This document shows, piece by piece, positions 52,019-64,000 of a stretch of 64,000 nucleotides of DNA. Positions within the stretch are counted from its first letter, which is position 1. Each line of letters begins with the position of its first letter. The DNA is taken from assembly GCF_009914755.1 (NCBI RefSeq), contig NC_060930.1. One strand, 5' to 3'. A program made the position numbers and the translations under genes. The stretch comes from the human T2T-CHM13v2.0 reference genome, Homo sapiens. Below the pieces are notes generated by a model. It made no database searches and had not been told where the DNA came from. It worked only from the letters and a program-made list of their open reading frames with translations.

Positions 52019-52688
52019 AATATTACTATTGTGGTTATTATACCTTATAAGAACAAATAAATGGGCTTTTGGGAAGGATTTCATAATTAAATAATTTTAA
52101 AAATTAAGCATTTAAATTTAGAGAATGCAGAAAACTTAGCAAACAGAAAGACTGCTGCAAAAAACAACAGCAAAACAAAAACTACTGTCACACCTCTGCA
52201 AAGATCACCAATGTCAATATTTTGGTTTGTTGTGTAATCTTTTTGTAAAGAATATATTATAGCTTAACATCATTATTCATCAGATAAATGCAAATTAAGA
52301 TACCACAATAAGATACCACCATACACTTACCAGAATGATTAAAAAAGACTGACAGTGCCAAGCATTGGCAAGGTTATGGAGCAACTGGATCTCTTATTTA
52401 AAAAAACTGTTTGGGCCGGGCGCAGTGGCTCACACCTAGAATCCCAGTGCTTCGGGAGGCTGAGGCAGGAGATCACTTGAGGCCAAGGGTTCAAGACCAG
52501 CCTGGCCAACATGGTGAAATCTCTACTAAAAATACAAAAATTAGCTGGGCATGGTGGTGCACGCTTGTAATCCCAGCTACTTGGAAGGCTGAGGTGGGAG
52601 GATCACTTGAACCCAGGAGGCAGAGGTTGCAGTCAGCTGAGATCATACCACTGTACTCCAGCCTCTTCCAGGGTGACAGTGAGATTCA

Positions 52689-52946
<258 letters not shown>

Positions 52947-52955
52947 TTATCTCTA

Positions 52956-53174
<219 letters not shown>

Positions 53175-53724
53175 TTATTATTAACAGACCCAAGCTAGAA
53201 ATAACTGAAATGTCCATAACAGAATAGATATGCAAATTGTGGTATATTTATATAGTGGAAAGTTATCCAACATTACAAAAAACAAGGTGCTGTTGCATGC
53301 ATCTTCTGGTTGTCTATTCATAATTAACCACCCCAAGACTGAGTGGCTTAAAACAATAATCATTTATTTGCTCCCAACACTGCAATTTGGCCCAGAACTA
53401 CTTTTCAAATGTGGAATAATTCTCTACTGCACAGGGCAGAGCTTTCTACTAGAATCATAGAGTTCTGAAACGAGACTCTCCCCGCCAGAGGGGACTTCCA
53501 GGGACTTCACAACTGTCTACTTATCCACAGATAAAAGTCCAGGACCAGGGAATACACTGGGGCGTGTGACCCAAGTGCTTGTCCCATAGCCTGCACCTGT
53601 TTCAGAGCCCTCTCTTGCTCCGGCCGCTGCTTAAACATGGCAGCTTACTAAATCATCCAATAAATGGGCTGGAGTGATCTTTAGTACACTGCCTCTGAAA
53701 CCCAAATTAAAAAGTGGTAAGAGG

Positions 53725-53893
53725 GGGGTGGGGGCCTGGGGGAGGGATAGCATTAGGAGAAATACCTAATGTAAATGATGAGTTGATGGGTGCAGCAAAC
53801 CAACATGGCACATGTATACCTATGTATCAAACCTGCACATTGTGCTCATGTACCCTAGAACTTAAAGTATAATTTAAAAAAAAGAAAAAAAAA
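53725..53893 (+). mobile_element. Primate L1PA 3' end, severely 5'-truncated
   Basis: GGGAGGGATAGCATTAGGAGAAATACCTAATGTAAATG...CCTAGAACTTAAAGTATAAT + poly(A); TSD core TGGTAAGAGG 53715-53724 / 53894-53903. Confidence 0.93.
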
Positions 53894-55610
53894 TGGTAAG
53901 AGGTGCAAGATATACTAAGTTGTCCTTTACCACAGAGGGAATGACCCAGCATGCCCCAGTTTATTTGACCACTTAAAACTTTAATGATTTGATAGATCTC
54001 TAAATTGTTGTAGGGAAAGTGGATGTGAACCACTTTTGATCCCCTTTCCTGATACGGATTGAAAAGAACACACTTGTCATAGTATTGGCTTCTTACCATC
54101 AGAGGCTGTGTAGACTATTCTAGTAAGGATACGGTATCTGATCATGGCTGTGATTAGGGCTGCCCCGTGGATAATCATCAATCACCATGCTTCAGTGGGT
54201 TTTTACAGGGGCAGTATGTGGTGGATCCTATGGAGATACTATAGGGACCACCTCAGTATCCTTTAAGTCTCTGAGGGAATCACTAATTTCTACCCACCTG
54301 GGATATGCTATTGCTTCTGATTTACTACCTTGACCAGCGGGATAATTTTAGAGACTTCTACTTGGTCTTTCTTTCTATAATGGCTCTTATTCTACAGATG
54401 ACAGAGAACGTGAGAATGTGGCAGAATGTGAGAGTTCTACTATCTGTGAAGCTATGCATCCCAATTTGTACTCAAGGGCTAGGAAATAACCATAGAGTAG
54501 GTCCACAGACTCACTGGGAGATGAGCTTGGCTAGGACTCTATTACCATCTGGCCTTCTATGTCCCCCTCTCTGAAAGGAGGCTATAATGGTGTTTTGGGT
54601 CATCTAGAAGCAGTGAAAGCTCAAACCCTTTATCTAACAGACCTCAAATGATCTGGTTATTCCCAGTTCCACACTGTACAGCTATTCCGGTAAATAGCCA
54701 GAGGGTGCTTTCGGGAAGAATCAAGGAAACGTTTATTTTATATGTTTATAGTGGCATTACGGATCTTTCTCTTCCATCAGTGCGTCCTGGGTCAGAACTG
54801 GCTCAAAGCTGGAAACTAGGTAAGAGATTGCGATTTTCTGTCTCGGCAGCTGACATCAGCCTCTGCTCACTCACCTTGATCTTTTGTGGTTAAGTCAAGC
54901 AAGACTCTCATTAAATGCTCACCTCTCTTGCCCTAAGGACACCACTGCTGCAGAGCCCTGCAGACCAAAGACCCCTGGTTAACATTCAGGCCTTGCTGCC
55001 TGTCATTATAATTGTGTCCACCTTGCCTCTGATGATTAAGTGGCCCTATGTGGTCTCTGCTCTTCCAGAACCTTAATGTCTCCATCGACAGTGGCCATGG
55101 CATTCCATGGGAGTATCTCCTCTGTCAACCTGGGCTATGGAGGACACCCAGCACTGAGCTCCTTTCACTAGGCACTTCTTTATTGCTTTGCAAAGGGAAG
55201 GCCTTTTGGGCCCTCGTCTCTGAGCCTTCTAATCCGTCATTAGTACTCTTCCAAGGCTGTTTCAGCATTGCCACCTCACTGTCAGCCATCACTGTGTCTA
55301 AACCTTAAGGACCAATTCAGCAGTGTGTTAAGACCAGTTCCAGTGGTCTCGCCAGGATGTTAAATTCTGAGTCAAAGGAAGGGTCCCTCCATAAAACCCT
55401 CTTTATCTAGCTTTGTATTCCTCAGCTCCTCCCAGCCCCAGTCCCACATCCTCAAGATCTCCTCCTATATGTGTTTTCCTGTTCCTACTAATATTTGTCA
55501 GCCAGACCTGTAGCTTTTTTTTGTGAATAAGCTATTTCCTCCAGCAATGGGGACTATATACTTTCCTGCTTGGGCAATGGTAAGACCTGACCCTAATTAC
55601 TGGTCTAGAG

Positions 55611-55834
55611 CAGGGGTAGGCAAACCATAGTTCCATGCACCAGCTGCCCGTTTTTGTATAGAAAGTTTTATTGGAATGCACGCACACTTATTTGTTTACC
55701 TGTTGCCCATGGTTGTTTTTGCACTGTCGTTTTAAGTGCAAAAGTAGAATCGAATAGTTGCAACAGAGACCACATGGCCTGCATATCTAAAATATTTACT
55801 CTCTTGCCCTTTAAGAAAATGTTTTTTGACCCTG
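55611..55834 (+). mobile_element. hAT-Charlie MITE (MER58A-like) with 8-bp TSD GTCTAGAG
   Basis: CAGGGGT...ACCCTG termini, AAAGTTTTATTGGAA and AAAATATTTACT motifs; TSD 55603-55610 / 55835-55842. Confidence 0.85.
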
Positions 55835-58594
55835 GTCTAGAGGCAGTGAGGAAAGGAGGGAAGGATCTTTAGGAAGATAAGCATCACCTTGTGAGACATC
55901 CACCTCAGGTGAGTCATTAGTGTGGTCTTCAGGTTATGGGTGATTGTTCTCTAGTAACGGAAGGAGCCCTTCTGCAGGCCTAGAAGGCTCAAGGAAGCTG
56001 AGGGTACAAGCTTCTCAAGTGCGTCTATCCAAATATCTCCATTCAGGTCCTAATGCCCCATTCTTTCCCTATCAGAATTCTGACCCTAGGGTAGTAGGTC
56101 TGCTGAGGCTGTGCCTTTAGTGTCTCTTGAAGCTTCACCCCTTTTACAATCAGATCCTGGGCCTGATTTTCAGCACAGCCTACTCTTGGGCCATGAGAGA
56201 TAAGTGTCATTTAGAATGCTGTTATGGAGTTCTGTCTTCACAACATACCCTGAGTTTTCTTCAAGGTTTCTAGGGCAATTAACAAAAGCCAACCAACCCC
56301 ATAATCCTTATCATTACTATTGCCCTGTATCTTTCAAGTATTAGACTTACAGTGTAAGTCAGTGTTGCCCCTGAAATTTTACCTGTGCCTCATCCCAATC
56401 CACTACACACATTGTGGACACTGTGATGCTGTAGTCTGCCAAGAGTTATCACCACCTTACTCACTACCAGCATTTGGGTCCGCGTTGTCACTTCACTGGT
56501 GAGGGATCTGTTTTCAGAAGCCCATCCTGCTTCTGCCATTTCTGGTAACTGTCTTAGTCACCCCCAACCCCCACTCCCCAAACAACTTGAGACAAGGACT
56601 TGTGTGCAGGTGGAATGCCTGGGAGGTAGTCCCTGGAGGCACAGCAGGAAAGTAGAGAATGTGAGAAAGAAAAGGAGAAGGCCAATAAAGGTGTCAGTGA
56701 ACAAGTTCCACTGTGTGCAACTGGGGCTTAAACCTGCTAGGGAGCCTCAAGGAAACCGTGTGGAACACACCCTACAATTTTCTCTCTGGAGTACTCACCT
56801 GGCTATCTAGGCTACTTATCTAAGGACACTGTCCATCATTGATAGGGCTGCCTCTAGGGCCTAGTCCAGATTGCTCCTCATGGGGTGGAAGAAATTCCTG
56901 TAATGGTGAAGAAAACCAGAGGGATGAAGACATTTGAGGTGGGAAATCATTAGCCTGCCAGGAACTATCTACCAAAGGTTTAGGTGAACACAGATATGGG
57001 CCAGATAGTGCCTGAGCTCACGCCCCTAGGAAGTGGTGAGGGGCCAGGATGTCCACGCTGATGACTCCAGATCACACTGCCTGCTCAATACACCAGAAAG
57101 GGGAAGTGCCTCACCCAGGGCCACTGCTGCCGTGACAATTCTAAGAGGAGGCTTGCAGGGACCCACCTCTTTCTGTGCACCTCCTCAGTCTTTGATGTAA
57201 CTTAGGTTTTCTCAATCTTATGTAAAATGCTACCCAAATGCAGCTTTGAAGCAAGCTCCCTGACCCTGGTTTTCTGTGGGATTGCCCACCTGCCTAAGCT
57301 CCTTGAGCTATTTTGGAGTCAGTAGCTGGAGGCAGGGAGGCTCAGGTCCTAGCTTGCACGTCAGCTCACACTGCAGGGCCCTAGAATGGAGAGTTTGTTG
57401 CTTCAGGATTTAACAAGCTGTGAAGAGCTTTCAAGCATCTGTAAGGAATTAAAAATTAGTGAGTGTGAAAACTTTCCTAATTGTAAAACAGTTTCACTGC
57501 CCTTGATCCTTGTCCATTGATTCTATTTTTGCAAAACCTAGTTCCGAGCACAGTGTTTTTAAGTTCAGCAACATCGTATTTTTCAGTTAGCTCCATCGTT
57601 TCCAAACGTGCCTGGATCTAATTTTTCTCCTAGCGCTTGGTGTGTCCTGGCAGGTTTTTTCCCTGGGGCTGGTGCCAAGGACAAGGCCAGGCTGAGCTCT
57701 CAGCACCCGCAGGACTCCTTGGCACTCCGGCTCCACCCGCGAGGGTGTGACCACTCTTGCCTTCCCCATGTCCCTTTTATTTCCATGGTGGGGAGCAGGG
57801 CCGGTGAGGGTTGGGGGGCAAATAAACTGAGGATGCCTTGAGATCCTGAGGGCTGGGCCTTAAAAATCCAACCCCACTCTGTTCTCAGAGGAGTGGAGAG
57901 AGTCCTTTGCTGCAAAGAAGGTCCTGGACTTGTTGCATTTGCCCAGATAGAGCAGCAAGCCCCGCTGGCCCTATTTTCAGTACATATCCCGAGTCCAGCC
58001 ACCTTTCATCACCTCCACCACTGCCCTCCGCGGCCAAGCCACTGCCTCTTGTCTGGATTATGTTAACTCCTCATGGGTCTCCCTGCTGCTGCTTTTGCCT
58101 AGTACAGCCTCTTCTCCAGAATGAAAGCAGCGGGGGGATCCCTTTCAAACCTAAGTCGGTTCATGTCGCCCTCCAAATGGGCCCATATGGTCTCCGGGTC
58201 CTGCCTGTTTCCTCTGTCTCCATCTCCGCCCATCCTTCCCTCTCCCGCGTGCTCCCACCATGGAGCTCTCCTCGTTGTTTCTCTTGCACACAAAGCGTGC
58301 TCCTGCCTCGGGGCCTCGGCACTCACCGTTCCCTCCCCCTCGAACCTCTTCTTCCAGATCTTCTTTCTCACATGTCCTTTCCAACATCACCTCCTCAGGC
58401 CTCCCCTGAGCACCTCATCTAAAATACACCTCACACCACCATTCTAGCCCTTCAGTCTACTTTGCTTTTCTTCAAAACAATTACCACTGTTTGGCATTAT
58501 ATTACATATGGCTTTTTTTACCCTACATTTTTCTACATTTTCATATTCTATATTTTCTATATTTTGTATTTCGTAGCACAGTGTCCAGCACCTA

Positions 58595-58876
<282 letters not shown>

Positions 58877-59372
58877 CTAAGCAACAGAGTGAGGCCCTGT
58901 CTCAAAAATAATAATAATAATAAATAAATGAGTACCTTATTTAGTTCAATAAAGCCTCAGAAACTCTCTGAGTATCAATTTCCTCAGATAGTTGGTTGTG
59001 AGAATATTCATTTATTTAGAAATTAAATTTAATAATTTTTAAAACTTTTTGTTTTGAAATAATCTTATACATCCAGAAAAGTTGCAAATATAGTAAAATA
59101 ATCCCCATATACCCTTTACCATTGTTCCTAAATGTTAACATTTTACCATGTTTCCTTCATCAGTCTCTCTTTGTATATGTACATACTATTGTTAAGTTTC
59201 TTTTTGAATAGGTAATGTATACAGATAGTACACAACATAAAATACATTAAAAGTAAACAGTGAAACATAAATCTGCCCCCTCCTCCATCCCAACACTTCT
59301 ATCCAGCCCAAATCTGACTAGTTTCTTGTATATCCTGTCAGAAATGTTCTATGCATTTACAATCATATATGA

Positions 59373-59654
<282 letters not shown>

Positions 59655-59687
59655 TAGGATTACAGGTGTGAGCCACCTCACCTGGCC

Positions 59688-60047
59688 TGTATTAGTCCAT
59701 TTTCACACTGCTATAGAGAAATACCGGAAACTGGGTAATTTACAAAGGAAAGAGATTTAATTGACTCACAGTTCCATATGGCTGGGGAGGCCTCAGGAGA
59801 CTTACAGTCATGGCGGAAGGTGAGGGGAAGCAAGGACCTTCTTCACATGGCAGCAGGGGAGGAAAGTATATAAGCACAGGAAAAACTGCCATTTATAAAA
59901 CCATCAGCTCTCTTGAGAATTCACTCACTGTTACGAGAACAGCATGGGGGAAACTGCCCCCATAATCCAATCACTTCCTTCCTTTGACACATAGGGAGTA
60001 TAATTCAAGATGAGATTTGGGTGAGGACATAAAACTTAACTATATCA
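59688..60047 (-). mobile_element. THE1/MSTA-type MaLR solo LTR
   Basis: TGTATTAGTCCATTTTCACACTGCTAT...TTAATTGACTCACAGTTCC...ATTCAAGATGAGATTTGGGTG...ATATCA; 5-bp TSD (T/C)GGCC. Confidence 0.9.
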
Positions 60048-61011
60048 CGGCCCTTATCTATTGCATATATTTCATACACACACATACACCTTTTTCTTCA
60101 TAAAAAGCACACTATCCTCACTGTTCTGCACCTTACTTTTTTCATATGACACAATATCTTGAAGGTCATTCCATATCACTCCACCTGGATCTTTCTCATT
60201 TTCTTCACGGTGCAGAGTATGCCAATGTTCGGATGTATCAGAGCTCATTTAACCAGCTCCCTAATGATGGAAATTTAGATCATTTCCAATCCTTTGCTAC
60301 CACAGACAATACTGTAATGAGTATCCTTCCATACTGTCATATTGTATATCATCTGTGGAATCAATGACTGAAAGTGAAATTGCTGGGTAGAAAGATTTTT
60401 GCATTTTAAATGTTGACAGATATTATACACTTCTTTTCATAAAAGTTGTACCAGTTTATATTCCTGCCAATAATGTGTGAATGTGTTTCCTACATCCTTT
60501 ATGACATAATATATCACTTTTTGGATCTTACTAATTGAATAGCTGAAAATGATGTCTCAGTGTAGTTTTATTTTTTATTTTTACCCTCATCTTCTTTGTG
60601 ATGGTACGTAGTTTTATCTTTTATTTCTCTTATTATATTTTTATAAACAGAAATGTTTACTTTTATAAATATTTTTCATATGTTTAAATCCATTGATATT
60701 TATTTTTCCATGAATTGTTTATTCACATATGGTGCCAATTTCTCTAATGCATTATTGGTCTTTCATTGATCTGCAGGAGTTCTTTACAGAGGGAGGAAAT
60801 TAACTTATTTTCTATGATACGTAAGTATTTTTTCAGAGTTTGCCTTTTGACTTATCAGTGGTGACCTTTTTTTGCCATTCAGTTTTATTTATTTTTAAAA
60901 AGTTTCCGTATGGTTGAATGGCTCAATATTTTCTTTTGTGGCTTCTAATGCTTTGTGATATATCTGGAAAGGCCTTGCCTAATCCAAGATTATTTAAAAA
61001 TTATCCCATGA

Positions 61012-61236
<225 letters not shown>

Positions 61237-61248
61237 TGACAGATCTAT

Positions 61249-61463
61249 CTTTCCTTCCTTCCTTCCTCTTTTTTTCTTTCTTTCTTTCTTTCTTTCTTAG
61301 TTTCTTTCTTCTTTCTTTCTTTTTTCTTTCTTCTCTTTCTCTCTCTTTCTTTCTCTCTCTTCTTTCTCTTTCTCTTTCTCTCTCTTCCTTCTTCCTTCCT
61401 TCCTCCCTCCCTCCCTCCCTCCCTTCCTTCCCTCCTTCCTTCCTTTTCTTTCCTTCCTTCTTC
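61249..61463. repeat. (CTTT/CCTT/CCCT)n polypyrimidine tract
   Basis: Direct inspection. Confidence 0.95.
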
Positions 61464-62339
61464 TGCAACCATGGCAAATGAACTATGCCATGATTTCTTA
61501 TGGCATTTGTTCAAACATACAGAAAAGCAGAAGAACATAATGAGCCTGCAGTACCCTCATTAACTCCAGCAGGGATCAGAACAGGTCCAGAGCCAGTCTT
61601 GTTTCATCTATGTCCTACCTATTCTCCACACTCTTCAATAATTTTGAAGTAAATCCCAAACAACATATAATTATGTGATTTTGATTTTTAAAATGCTTAT
61701 GTCTTTTATCCATCTGGAATGCTTTTAGAGTTAGAGCTCTTTGTTTTTTGCAGATACCTAGCCCATTCTCCCAACATAGTTTATTGAATAAACCATCTCT
61801 TCTCCAATGATTTGAAGTGGTGCCTTTATGATACACTAAATCCCCACAAATATTTGAGTCTATTCCTGTCCCACAAATATTTGAGTCTATTTCATTATTC
61901 TGTTCCACTGATTCATCTGTCTATAGTCATGCTCCAATTCCACACTGTTCTGATGGTTGTAGCTCTACAGTGTATTTTGGTATCAGACTAGATTGTTCCC
62001 TAAAAGGTGGTTTAGATATAAAGCCTCCCCTGAGGCTCAAAGACACTGTCTGAGAGTGAGGGCCTGAAGTGAGGCAGGATGGGCAGTTCTCCCGGGGCAT
62101 CCCATACACTTAGCTTCAGCCACGGCTGTGCCCATCAACCTGCTGCTGTCTGGGATAAGGCATTGCCTTGGCAACCAGAGACTGAGGCCCAGTCCTGGCT
62201 GTGCCACTAAGGGCTGGGTGATCTTGAGCAGTCCATCTCACTCTTTGGAGCCTCTGCTTAGGAGGGCCTCCCTGCCAGCTCCAGCATTCTCCACTTCAAG
62301 ACACCAATCAGGGCAGGGATGCCTGGGGGTGCCAGGCAA

Positions 62340-62545
62340 AATTGTGAAAGGGCCGCCAGTGGTCGCTTCCACAGGAAGTCCTGTAGATGAGCACAGGAGA
62401 TTGGCTCGCTGGGGAACGGAAAGGGAGATTAAGCAAGACAAGACTGTTAACAGTTCTAGAGCTCGTGGGCTCCGCAGGGCAGCAGTCACCCTACCACCAG
62501 GTCCCAGAGCCCAGGGCTGTGTGTTCCACTGGGAGCCTTTGAGAG
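62340..62545 (+). other. RAB44: Probable RAB44 promoter and non-coding first exon (donor at 62545/62546)
   Basis: RAB44 is the next + strand gene after CDKN1A (known synteny); ETS ACAGGAAGT 62371-62379, palindrome ACTGTTAACAGT 62443-62454, upstream CCAAT and GATAAG; donor GAG|GTAGGA. No RAB44 coding sequence seen in the window. Confidence 0.5.
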
Positions 62546-64000
62546 GTAGGAGCCATCCCAAGGTTGCAATGCTTCTTTTTCTTTGGAAGGATGAGGATGG
62601 GGGAGGGAGCTGGGGTCCCTGTTTAACTTCTATGTCAAGGGTGCAAAAGGCAGAGCCCTCTTTTCTCCTGCATTTGGAGCTCTCTGCATGGTCTAAGGGA
62701 GGGGATGGGAAAGCACTTGGGCAAGAGGCTGGGGTACATCACTACCCGTAAATGGCTGTGTGACCTAGGGCAAGTCACCTGGTTTCTCAGAGCCTCAGTT
62801 TCTCTGTTAGTTAGGAGAGGAGGAGTGAGGATAAGTAGACTGGAACAAGACACTAGGTGGTCTCTCAGGCCCACTGACTTGGACCACTGGGGTTTAGCGA
62901 CTGTGGCTATTATTTACAGCTATTGAAGCCAGCCAAGTGGAGAGCAGACCCAGTTCTGAGCGCCCTTTGGTGAGACAGTGATGGATACCCGGAGGCCCCA
63001 GGCAGGGCCCATGCCAGGTTGTAATCTGCTGCTGCCTGCTGCCCCACCCCACTCTTCTTCTCTGGCTTCCACTTCCTGGTGGGCAGCCTGTGGTGCCTGC
63101 TGCCTAACAGAATACCACGGTGGTAGTGGATTCCCGCAGGTGCTTGGGAGTGGGATTCATTTGCTCTCATGTTTGGCTTCAAGTTTTATGCGATTTCTTA
63201 GGTGAGGGATGTGGGGAGAGGTGGTCATGCTGAGGGGATATATGTGTGTCCTAGCCATGAAGGGGTCCCCCACTCTTAAGGACGTGAGGCATGAGGATGC
63301 ACTAAGGGGAAAGTGGTGGAGGAGAAGGGCGCTGGCAGGGTGGCCCTGCCAGCTGACTCGGAGGGATGTGTGTGCTGGGCGACGGCATTTGCACATGCAG
63401 AATGGAATGATGGAATGGCCGTGAGGGGTGCTGTGTCTGACTGAGAGGCTGATGGTGAGGGATTGGAGGGTGAGGATGATGGCCAAGGAGGGTGTGTGTG
63501 CGTGCACGTTTGCACGTGTACATTTGTGGATTGACTGAAGGATGTCCTTGCTGTCTCTGAGGGACCAGGCCTGGCCTAGAAGGGACACAGACTGTTTTTA
63601 GGGGGTGCTGTCAGGCCGTGGGGGTGCTGTCAGGGATCTGAATGTGAAGGCACGAGGGGTGAGTGCACCATCCCACCTGATGGTGACAAGTGACTGATTT
63701 TGAGGTGGCGATGGCTGGAGGGCACCTGCTGCCTTCCTGCCCCAGGCCACCTGTCAGGCAAGGAGCGGGTGGCTGAGTACCCCTCCTGGGAGAGAAGGAT
63801 TGACTGGCAGAGAGGGCAGATGCTGAGGTGGGGCAGGCGAGGTGTCTGGAAGGTGCTATTTTCTTAAAAAATGCCAGGGGACTGCTGGAAATGGGCTGTG
63901 GAGGTGTAGCTTGGCTAAGAACTCCCAGAAAGGAAAGTCAGGAATGCCACATGTCCTAGGATGTGGCTGCAGGGAATTTCTTCCAGGATTCTAACATCCT

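Noticed and set aside
53300-56950. Long non-Alu stretch downstream of CDKN1A as a possible unknown gene
   Set aside because: No coherent ORF or exon structure; looks like decayed MaLR/ERVL LTR-internal sequence with L1PA and MER58 insertions (family not firmly assignable by eye).
61843-61891. 27-bp-period tandem duplication (also short ones at 7441-7486 and 63601-63634)
   Set aside because: Ordinary slippage duplications with no evident function.
62128-62751. 207-aa ORF as RAB44 coding sequence
   Set aside because: GTG start, spans promoter/exon/intron, no EF-hand, coiled-coil or Rab GTPase motifs.

Overview
Human genomic DNA (Alu-dense, chr6p21.2) centred on CDKN1A (p21Cip1/Waf1), + strand: non-coding exon 1 at ~43359-43443, CDS 48783-49227 + 50432-50481 (164 aa), poly(A) signal 51990. 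The upstream region carries the classic p21 regulatory landscape: 5' and 3' p53 response elements, STAT GAS sites, DR3/DR5 nuclear-receptor elements, a FoxO+SMAD module, GC boxes/TATA, and a distal p53+C/EBP enhancer at ~31.9 kb that marks the lincRNA-p21 5' end. Also present: upstream alternative exons (one adds 34 aa in frame), the processed pseudogene LAP3P2 (antisense to the PANDAR lncRNA), the DINOL region, a U1 snRNA retrocopy, a Y3 RNA retrocopy, roughly 40 Alus plus LTR/L1/DNA-transposon fragments, and the probable RAB44 promoter/first exon at the right end. Most ORF-track entries are Alu or simple-repeat artefacts. I cannot support a new protein-coding system. The most novel-looking signals are: (i) three local templated duplications with microhomology/fold-back signatures (656-709, 16099-16343, 24283-25879); (ii) LAP3P2 nested inside a split Alu and carrying STAT/p53 motifs; (iii) a cryptic terminal exon in intron 1 containing (GT)20; (iv) an orphan promoter-like CpG-rich element ~18 kb upstream; (v) uORF/N-extension logic in the alternative 5' exons. 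lncRNA boundaries, repeat subfamily calls and SNP identities rest on recalled knowledge and are approximate.
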